64,000 nucleotides of DNA from Myxococcota bacterium (GTDB lineage: Bacteria; Myxococcota_A; Bradymonadia; UBA7976; UBA1532), in contig JAYZEG010000095.1 of assembly GCA_036337435.1 (NCBI GenBank), positions 7,393 through 71,392 on the forward strand. Reading direction: 5' to 3'. Below, in pieces: positions 57,261 through 64,000 of this stretch; position 1 is the stretch's first letter; each line of letters opens with the position of its first letter. The position numbers and the translations under genes were made by a program. The notes beneath the pieces were generated by a model. That model made no database searches, was not told the DNA's origin, and worked only from the letters and a program-made list of their open reading frames with translations.

Positions 57261-58506
57261 CGTTGGTTTCCAAGTAGACTTCCTGAATGGCTCGAGCACT
57301 GGCGCGTCTGACCGTGAGAGTATGGCCACTCTCCAGAACGACGGTCTCTCCAACCCTTGGTATTCGTCGAAGTGTTTCGAGGATAAAACCGGCGACCGTC
57401 TCGTATTCGGTTGACTCAGGTATGCCAGCGTTCAGTTCTTGATTCACCAATTCAACTGTTGCTCGTGCATCGATTGCAATGCCGTACTGAAGTTGGCGCC
57501 ACAGGCCCGTACGTGAATCGTGTTCATCGTGTATCTCACCTACGATCTCTTCGATGATGTCTTCGAGTGTCAGCAACCCAACCGTTCCGCCAAACTCATC
57601 GACGACGATTGCGGCTGACGCAGCCTCCCGTTGAAGAACAACCATCACCTCATCGACATCTTGTGTCTCTGGCACAAAGTGCGCAGGACGCATCAGTTTG
57701 GCGACGTTGATGTCATCGCCGGTCGCGGTAAACAGATCGAGATGATGAAGAATGCCGACAATGTTGTCGATTCGCTCGTCATAAACGGGCAGGCGGGAAT
57801 AGCCAGCCCGCGCGATCAGCTCGACCGCATCACGGACGGTGCTCGTGTGGCTGATGGCAACCATTTCGGCCAGCGGCACCATGCTGTCGCGTGCACGCAA
57901 TTGATTGAAGGCAAAGATGCGGGAAATCATTTCCCGCTCGTCTTCTTCGATCTCACCTGGGTCATCGCTGACCTCCATGAGAAGGACAAGTTCTTCGCGG
58001 GAGACCATGGTCTCATCGGAAATCTCTTCGAGTCCCAGTAACCTGTACAAGAGCCGGGTGTAGCTTCGAACCAGCACAATAAATGGCGTAAATAGTCTGT
58101 TGACTATGTAGAGCGGCGTTGCGAGTACACCAGCGAGCGAATCGGCTCGGCTCTGCCCGATGCTTTTGGGAATAATTTCAGCCCCGATCAGAACCAGTGG
58201 TGACATTAAAAGCATCGCCCACCACCCTCCATTGGCGGGATCAATTTTAATCAGGGTCAGCGATGCAACGGTCGACCCCGTGACCGTTGAGAAATTAGTG
58301 CCAAGTAGGGTGGTGCCAAACAGACGGTCTGGCCGTTCTCGAAACCAAAGGACACGTTGAGCCGAGCTGCTGCCCTTGCGCACCGCTTCTTCGAGACGAA
58401 TTCGGTTAGCGGATACGATGGACAACTCGGACATCGCAAAAAAAGCTTCTGCAAGAATACAAAAACCAACGGTGATCCAAGGTAGAAGGGAGACGAAGAT
58501 GTCCAC
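57247..58506 (-). CDS. HlyC/CorC (CNNM) family transporter: DUF21, CBS pair and CorC_HlyC domains
   Basis: The N-terminal 4-TM DUF21 has a SELSIVS motif. It is followed by a CBS pair and the C-terminal segment ETVAGFILETLRRIPRVGETV. Confidence 0.85.
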   Translation of the reverse strand: MDIFVSLLPWITVGFCILAEAFFAMSELSIVSANRIRLEEAVRKGSSSAQRVLWFRERPDRLFGTTLLGTNFSTVTGSTVASLTLIKIDPANGGWWAMLLMSPLVLIGAEIIPKSIGQSRADSLAGVLATPLYIVNRLFTPFIVLVRSYTRLLYRLLGLEEISDETMVSREELVLLMEVSDDPGEIEEDEREMISRIFAFNQLRARDSMVPLAEMVAISHTSTVRDAVELIARAGYSRLPVYDERIDNIVGILHHLDLFTATGDDINVAKLMRPAHFVPETQDVDEVMVVLQREAASAAIVVDEFGGTVGLLTLEDIIEEIVGEIHDEHDSRTGLWRQLQYGIAIDARATVELVNQELNAGIPESTEYETVAGFILETLRRIPRVGETVVLESGHTLTVRRASARAIQEVYLETNDDDQ

Positions 58507-59537
58507 TAGCGTCCCCCCCTTTCGTCCGGGTCATTAAGGCCGGGATGAGCATCTGTGATGGGCCCAAAGAGCTCCTCCAAAAGGTCTTCCATCGTACAGA
58601 GACCAATGGCCTGGCCCGATCGATTGATGACGATGGCCATATGGGTGCGGGATGCACGAAATTCTTCAAGCAACTCTGCTGCCGGCCGCCGAGCAAAAGT
58701 AAAAAGGGGGTCTCTTCTGAGATGATTGAGTGCACGTTTAGGTCGAAGTCCCCAGCGGATTGCAAGAAGGTCCTTGGCCATGAGCAGACCGACCACATTT
58801 CTCGGGTGCCGTCGCCAAATTGGAATTCGGCTGTGAGGTTCTCCTGAGACAAGCTCAATGGCTTTCTCAATAGGCGTTTTGTCCTCGAGGGAAAAAACAC
58901 GGTCCCAAGGCCGCATAACATCGCCTACCGACAGGTCACCAAAGTCCAGCACATTTTTAATCAGTTGGTGCTCTTGCGCCTCAAGAACGCCCTCTTGTTC
59001 GCCCACTTCAATGAGTGTTCTAAATTCACTCTCATCAATGGTTGTGTCCGCTTGTTCGCCGACCGGCTTACTCAAATTTCGATCGATTGCAAAATCTGTC
59101 AATGCCCTTAGAAAGCCGATAATTGGTCTTGTCGCCTTGATGAAAATCATGATTGGGCGTGCCACCAGCGCCGCGATTAACTCGGGTTTTTTAGACGCGA
59201 CGGTTTTCGGGGTAATCTCACCAAGAATGAGCAGTATGGGAATCACCATTGCGGCCGATAACAGTGCCTGTTTAGTCAGAGAATAATCACTGAGCCACTG
59301 GCTTGTAATACTGGCACCAACAATAGACAGTGCAACGTTTGTCAACTCGTTACCCAACAAGACACCGACCAATAGGTCTTTGGGTTTCTCAAGCAGTGAG
59401 CTGATCACACGCTCTATTTTTCGCTCCGATTGCTGCAATCTGGCATGGGCGACCTTGCCAATGCTAAATAACGCTGTCTCCGACCCCGAAAAGAAACCGG
59501 ACATAAACAGTAAAACGCCAAATATTAGGTATTCCAC
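58506..59537 (-). CDS. DUF21 plus CBS-pair (CNNM) membrane protein lacking the CorC_HlyC C-terminal domain
   Basis: The N-terminal DUF21 segment is GSETALFSIG and a CBS pair follows. The protein ends shortly after the CBS pair. Confidence 0.8.
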   Translation of the reverse strand: MEYLIFGVLLFMSGFFSGSETALFSIGKVAHARLQQSERKIERVISSLLEKPKDLLVGVLLGNELTNVALSIVGASITSQWLSDYSLTKQALLSAAMVIPILLILGEITPKTVASKKPELIAALVARPIMIFIKATRPIIGFLRALTDFAIDRNLSKPVGEQADTTIDESEFRTLIEVGEQEGVLEAQEHQLIKNVLDFGDLSVGDVMRPWDRVFSLEDKTPIEKAIELVSGEPHSRIPIWRRHPRNVVGLLMAKDLLAIRWGLRPKRALNHLRRDPLFTFARRPAAELLEEFRASRTHMAIVINRSGQAIGLCTMEDLLEELFGPITDAHPGLNDPDERGGR

Positions 59538-59539
59538 GT

Positions 59540-60457
59540 TTAGTTCGTTCCTCGTAAAAAATGGTCATAGCCTTGGCCATCGACAGGATGTCCATCGAGA
59601 TAAACGCCGTGTCCGGGCACACATGAACCAATCCGCAATGCCCAATCGGGTAATGGGGTTTGTGCAGACGCTGTAAAGAGCAGAACGTAGTCCTCACCGC
59701 CTGTAATCGCCGTCGACAGATCGCCGATGACTGGAATTAAGCTCGACTGAAGTTTAATTTTAACACCACTTGCAGCAGCCATACGAGACGCATCCAATAG
59801 GAGACCATCTGAAATGTCCATACATGCATGAACGCCATCGGTTTTGGCGAGAATTGCCGCCTCCGCAAGGTGTGGTCGCCATTGATGACGCGCTGTCCGA
59901 AAAGCGTCAGTGGGGGATAGGTATCCTCTTGTCGCACGACCGAGGCACCCTGAGATGAGGACGTCATCCCCAGGCACAGCTGCTGTTCTGAGAAGTGGTT
60001 TTTCACCGATCAGATAGCCGGCCGCCGTGACTGAGATCACACTGGGGCCGGGTTTCAGCGCCAGGTTACCGGTAATCAGCTGGGTCTGATGAAGTCTCAA
60101 TTCCGAAGCCATGCCCTGGGTCAGTTCATAGACATCGTCCAGACTCCACTGTCGGTTTAGATTTAAGGTCCAGCTCACCCAAGCAGGTGCTGCACCACTG
60201 GCCGCGAGATCGCTTAAATTGACGACGGCTGCTTGTCGACCGATGTCGTATGGGCGATCGAATTTACGATTGAAATGTGCATCTTCTACCAATGAGTCGG
60301 TGGTCACGATCTCTGTCGACCGCGGTGCCAAGCCACAATCATCAGTGGTGTCGATGTGAAGTCCGCTTTCGTTGAGTGCCCTCTTAATGACCCGTACAAA
60401 ATCCGCTTCATTGAGTACTCTGTCGGCGTTTTCCTTCTCTTGCTGCGGACCAGTCAA
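59540..60457 (-). CDS. thiL: Thiamine-monophosphate kinase
   Basis: Motifs are DDCGL..TTDSLVEDAHF, NLSDLAASGAAP, DISDGL, GGEDYVLLFT and GYDHF. Confidence 0.9.
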   Translation of the reverse strand: MTGPQQEKENADRVLNEADFVRVIKRALNESGLHIDTTDDCGLAPRSTEIVTTDSLVEDAHFNRKFDRPYDIGRQAAVVNLSDLAASGAAPAWVSWTLNLNRQWSLDDVYELTQGMASELRLHQTQLITGNLALKPGPSVISVTAAGYLIGEKPLLRTAAVPGDDVLISGCLGRATRGYLSPTDAFRTARHQWRPHLAEAAILAKTDGVHACMDISDGLLLDASRMAAASGVKIKLQSSLIPVIGDLSTAITGGEDYVLLFTASAQTPLPDWALRIGSCVPGHGVYLDGHPVDGQGYDHFLRGTN

Positions 60458-60462
60458 TTGCC

Positions 60463-61737
60463 CTACACCTGTGTCAACGGTATCGCAAACGAGAAGGTCG
60501 AGCCTTGCCCCATGCGACTAAAAACTTCTATCCGTCCGCCGTGAGCTTCGACAAAATTTTTTGCAATCGACAGCCCAAGACCTGCTCCACCGTACTCCCG
60601 GGTCACGCTGTTGTCCACTTGGTAGAAGGCATCAAAGATTCGGATGAGGTGTTGCCGTTCAATCCCTTTACCTGTGTCCTGAACAGACACCTTTATCCCG
60701 TATTTTGGCGAGCGGCGCGTGCCTTGCTGGTCGCCTGTTGGTAGTCGCGTTCGCGAAAGCGCGACGGTGACCTGTCCGGCCGCCCCAGTAAACTTTACGG
60801 CATTGCCGATGAGGTTTAGCAGGACTTGGCGGATTTTTTGAACGTCAATCTGGATCTCTGGCAGGTCTGGCTCAATGGATTGATTGAGGTGGATATCGCG
60901 TTTCAGAGCTGTTGGGCGAAGGGTTGCTAAGGCATCCTCGACGAGTGTGTCTAGCGCACACTGTTCGAGGTCAATGGATGCTCCGCCCCGTTGTATGACC
61001 GAAATTTTAAGTAAATTGTCGATCATTTCTAACAGCGTCTGTCCACGTTCTCGGATGATTTGGACATACTCGGCTTGCTCCACATTGAGCTCGCCACCAT
61101 AGCCGTCGAGCAACATGTCAGAATAGCCCATCACAGAGGTGAGTGGGGTCCTCAATTCATGGCTGACGGTGGCCAGAAATTGGCTCTTTAAATCATCGAG
61201 TTCGCGCAGCCGATTCAGATTTGCTGCGAGTGCTGCGTTCCGAGTTTCCAAGGCTTCATTGGCGACTTGAAGTTCTTGGGTTAAGACCTGTGCGGCGATG
61301 GCGTTTTGCTCTCGCTCTCTGAAGCCCCTAGCTGCAGATCGATAAGCCAAAATCAGGCTGGATGTAAGAGACGTTGCCATCTCTACGGTATGACGTGATG
61401 CCGAACGGCCTTGGATGGTACCGGTCGAGGCACTCTGATGGCTGTGACCGCCTCCATGAACTTGACCGTCCAATTCACTGACGCAGAGATTGGCTAGGTG
61501 TCGACTCTGATCGATGACAGCGAACTCGGTTTGAGCACTGGGGGCTTTGATACTCAAGTCCAGATTTCGGGACCGATCTGTTTTGGGAACACAATCGACG
61601 ATCATCTCTCCGCTGACTGCACTCAGTTGGATGCGGACGGAAAAACAATCTGCAAATACCTGACACATGTCCGTCAAGGGCTCAAGGCCGATGATCTCAT
61701 CGATGGGGATCGATGAAACTTCGTCCGTGATTGTCAT
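60463..61737 (-). CDS. Soluble sensor histidine kinase (canonical HisKA plus HATPase_c; N-terminal sensory domain of unclear type)
   Basis: The boxes are H-box FLATVSHELRTPLTSVMGYSDML, N-box LLNLIGNAVKFT, G1 VQDTGKGI and G2 GGAGLGLSIAKNF. I saw no TM segments. Confidence 0.88.
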   Translation of the reverse strand: MTITDEVSSIPIDEIIGLEPLTDMCQVFADCFSVRIQLSAVSGEMIVDCVPKTDRSRNLDLSIKAPSAQTEFAVIDQSRHLANLCVSELDGQVHGGGHSHQSASTGTIQGRSASRHTVEMATSLTSSLILAYRSAARGFREREQNAIAAQVLTQELQVANEALETRNAALAANLNRLRELDDLKSQFLATVSHELRTPLTSVMGYSDMLLDGYGGELNVEQAEYVQIIRERGQTLLEMIDNLLKISVIQRGGASIDLEQCALDTLVEDALATLRPTALKRDIHLNQSIEPDLPEIQIDVQKIRQVLLNLIGNAVKFTGAAGQVTVALSRTRLPTGDQQGTRRSPKYGIKVSVQDTGKGIERQHLIRIFDAFYQVDNSVTREYGGAGLGLSIAKNFVEAHGGRIEVFSRMGQGSTFSFAIPLTQV

Positions 61738-62456
61738 CGGTCAAACTGCCAAGCCGTCTGAGATTGTGTGATAAAATAATAGGCTAATGCGAACAGCAGC
61801 AGTAGCAACCCGCCGGTGAGAATGGTCGCAAGACCACGCTTGCTTCCAGCAGCCACTCGAGAGATCTTTTGATCCATATGGCCTGCTTCTACCAATGCGG
61901 CCTGAATGACCTTCTGGCGGTATTCCGACGCCTTCTCGTTCTCTGGATCGGCATCTAAGGCCTCTCGGTAGCAGGATCCAGCATAGGTCAGCAAACGCTG
62001 ACTCGCACAAAGAGCAATGAATTGTTTGTGCCCGTCTTCATCGTCCCAATTTGCCTCGAGTGACGCCCATAGGGCCGGTAGCTTTTCCTCGAGCGGATGT
62101 CCACTCAGGGGATTCTTCCATTTTTCGAGTTGCCTTGGATTGGCAGATTTTGGCACCAACCCACAGCGTGGACAGGCCTCATTTTCAGTCTCTTTAGGCC
62201 AACTACATTTTGGGCATGAGATGATGAGGGCGGGTGCAGTCCGAGGGGCGGGCGGGGTTGCACTCTCCACTTGGCTCGTGCCTGTTGCCGTTGTTGAATC
62301 CTTGGCGTCTGTAGATGTTGAGCCGCGATACTTTGGAACCGGACCGATCGACGTTTTGTGTCCACAACTCTCGCAGACGAGTACAAAAAAACCCTCTAGG
62401 GCTTGGCATTGACTGATGAGATGGCTTTGGCCACACGCTTCGCATTGAATATCCAC
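61734..62456 (-). CDS. Double zinc-ribbon protein with a C-terminal transmembrane anchor
   Basis: The zinc-ribbon pairs are CEACG...CESCGH and CPKCS...CPRCG. The C-terminal hydrophobic segment is LATILTGGLLLLLFALAYYFI. It overlaps the downstream kinase gene by ATGA. Confidence 0.7.
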   Translation of the reverse strand: MDIQCEACGQSHLISQCQALEGFFVLVCESCGHKTSIGPVPKYRGSTSTDAKDSTTATGTSQVESATPPAPRTAPALIISCPKCSWPKETENEACPRCGLVPKSANPRQLEKWKNPLSGHPLEEKLPALWASLEANWDDEDGHKQFIALCASQRLLTYAGSCYREALDADPENEKASEYRQKVIQAALVEAGHMDQKISRVAAGSKRGLATILTGGLLLLLFALAYYFITQSQTAWQFDR

Positions 62457-62530
62457 GCCCCTATTGTGCTAAAAGACAGCCTTGGGTCAAGGCTTCATCG
62501 ACGTGTTGTCGAAGTAAAAAGTGATCGCCC

Positions 62531-62962
62531 ATGCATGACTGCGTTGCACGCGGGCCATGTCCGGCATACATTCGAGAAGCTAGGCTCGACATTTTGGGAG
62601 TGAAGACAGTGAAAATATCACGAAATGCCCTCTGCCCATGCGGCAGCGGTAAAAAATATAAGCACTGCTGTCTAAAAAACGGTGTGTACGACTTCGGACA
62701 AGGCGCGGTGGGTGAAGCTGGAGGCGTAGTCAGTTCCCGCAAGAAAACCGGTCAAGTCGCGAAAATTCTTGCGGTGACCGGGTTGTTGGCGGCCATTGGT
62801 GTCGGGATTTGGCAGGACGACGCCTTTACGGGCATTGGGATCGCTGCCGCTTGGACCTTGGCCAGTGTCGCTTATTTGAGTTTTCGCGACCCTCCACCTC
62901 CAAATGAGAATGCGGGTGACCCAGCAGCACTCAATTTCGGACGGCCAGCCGATCGAAAATAA
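62531..62962 (+). CDS. SEC-C motif protein with C-terminal transmembrane segments
   Basis: The SEC-C metal-binding motif is [13 protein letters not shown], followed by two hydrophobic segments. The start is uncertain; in-frame GTGs at 62600 and 62609 lie close to the motif. Confidence 0.7.
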   Translation: MHDCVARGPCPAYIREARLDILGVKTVKISRNALCPCGSGKKYKHCCLKNGVYDFGQGAVGEAGGVVSSRKKTGQVAKILAVTGLLAAIGVGIWQDDAFTGIGIAAAWTLASVAYLSFRDPPPPNENAGDPAALNFGRPADRK

Positions 62963-64000
62963 GTGCTGTATTCGCTCATCTCAGGTCTTTTCTGTCTGGC
63001 ACTCAGGCTCTTCTATCGATGTCAATATATCGGGGTTGAGCTCCCGTCGGATGGGCCAGTTTTGCTGGTCGCTAATCACCCTAATGGGCTCATCGACCCG
63101 GTCATGCTGATGGATCGAGCTCATCGCCCTGTGCGCTTTCTTGGTAAAGCGCCGCTCTTCGAGATGCCCGTTATCGGTTGGCTCATGACCCAGCTTAAAT
63201 GCCTCCCCGTCTATCGTTCGCAGGATGGACAGGGGACAGGGGGTAACCAGAGTACTTTTGCTGCCGTCAGCGCGGCGTTAAATAAAGGGGAAGTGGTCTG
63301 CCTTTTCCCTGAGGGCATAAGTCACGATGAACCTCAACTACAGCCTTTGAAAACGGGAGCTGCTCGCATGGCCTTCGACGCTTTATTCGCGGCACCGGAG
63401 ACCGAACCGATTCAAATTGTTCCAGTTGGGTTGCACTATTCGGACAAGTCTATTTTCCGGACGCAAGCAACGGCCCTTGTGGGACACAGCTTTTCCATCG
63501 ACGATGACTTGGCAGGCTTGTTCGCGGAAGACCCGCGCGGTGCAGTTCTTGAATTGACGGGGCGGATCGATGCAGCGATACGCGATGTCACCCTTAACCT
63601 TGACGATTGGACCCAGTTGGCTGCGCTCGAAATCGCACGACAACTGGACCCGGGCGATGCTGAGGTTGTGAGCTTATTAAATTTGGCACAGGCGGAACGA
63701 GTTTTGGCTCATGCACAGCCCGTTCGACTCAAGCAGCTCAAAAATCAATTGGTTGAGTTTAAAGCAGATATTGACTGGTTGGGTCTGAGCATGGCTGATG
63801 TCCGGTCAGAGTCCTCTACGGTCAGTCCGCCAGCGATGGCCATTTCAGCGGCCGGTCGACTTTTTGCTTTAGCGCTTGTCGCTCTGGTCGGGATTATCGC
63901 CTACGCGATACCCTACTTCTCCGTCCGTTTAGTCGAGCGGCTTAAGCCCGTTGACCGAGACGTTGTCGCGACGGTGAAATTGCTGTCTGGCATGTTGTTC
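62963..64000 (+). CDS. Lysophospholipid/glycerol-phosphate acyltransferase (PlsC family), 3'-partial; not in the supplied ORF track
   Basis: My manual translation from GTG 62963 (the codon after the preceding TAA) is open to the window end. Motifs are LLVANHPNGLIDP, FPEG (VVCLFPEGISHDE) and C-terminal TM helices. Confidence 0.8.
   Translation, partial: MLYSLISGLFCLALRLFYRCQYIGVELPSDGPVLLVANHPNGLIDPVMLMDRAHRPVRFLGKAPLFEMPVIGWLMTQLKCLPVYRSQDGQGTGGNQSTFAAVSAALNKGEVVCLFPEGISHDEPQLQPLKTGAARMAFDALFAAPETEPIQIVPVGLHYSDKSIFRTQATALVGHSFSIDDDLAGLFAEDPRGAVLELTGRIDAAIRDVTLNLDDWTQLAALEIARQLDPGDAEVVSLLNLAQAERVLAHAQPVRLKQLKNQLVEFKADIDWLGLSMADVRSESSTVSPPAMAISAAGRLFALALVALVGIIAYAIPYFSVRLVERLKPVDRDVVATVKLLSGMLF

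Noticed and set aside
57261-57353. The longest start for the Asp-variant kinase.
   Set aside because: It would overlap the upstream CorC gene by 107 bp. In-frame ATGs at 57260 (14-bp overlap) and 57233 (no overlap) are more plausible. The true start is unresolved.
1-64000. tRNA, rRNA, tmRNA, RNase P or SRP RNA genes, and mobile elements (IS transposases, integrases, phage genes).
   Set aside because: By eye, the intergenic regions showed no T-loop GGTTCGA-type context with a matching acceptor stem. They showed no conserved RNase P, tmRNA or SRP core motifs, and no transposase- or integrase-like ORFs or terminal inverted repeats. A formal tRNAscan/Infernal run is still needed.

Overview
This is a 64-kb chromosomal segment with about 52 protein-coding genes, tightly packed on both strands. 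I recognised no rRNA, tRNA, CRISPR array, transposase, integrase or phage genes. The lineage looks like Myxococcota/Bradymonadota (former Deltaproteobacteria). That is an inference from a MYXO-CTERM-like sorting signal, MopE-type Asp/Cys repeats, and many lipoproteins with Gly-rich linkers and Cys-rich modules.

Housekeeping content:
- hflK-hflC
- tesB
- rbgA (ylqF)
- msrB
- a nifS/iscS-like gene followed by thiI
- hemW
- grpE-dnaK-dnaJ
- ampG
- topA
- thiL
- An aldehyde dehydrogenase, an amidase, an M18 aminopeptidase, a ketopantoate-reductase-family enzyme, yaeQ and a MoxR ATPase

Accessory and unusual content, most interesting first:
1. A translationally coupled pair of reciprocally degenerate histidine kinases at 53668-57353. 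One has Asp in place of the phospho-acceptor His but an intact ATPase domain. The other has an intact H-box but a dead ATPase domain.
2. A 1172-codon ORF at 16180-19698. It contains a trypsin-like protease, then a C-terminal-type sorting signal and a lipoprotein signal peptide back to back in mid-protein, then a C-type lectin domain with EPN/WND motifs.
3. A three-gene, overlap-coupled operon at 24101-29948. It encodes two large lipoproteins carrying five CXXCH motifs and a MOSC-domain protein.
4. An exported beta-barrel-like gene whose signal peptide is separated from its body by in-frame TGA-AGT-GGC-TGA at 821-832. This is either a U-x-x-U selenoprotein or a pseudogene.
5. A PHM/DBH-like bicopper monooxygenase lipoprotein at 31154-32137.

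One real ORF is missing from the supplied track because it runs off the window end: a PlsC-family acyltransferase at 62963-64000.

All functional calls come from motif recognition by eye. No database search or structure prediction was possible, and start codons are often uncertain.
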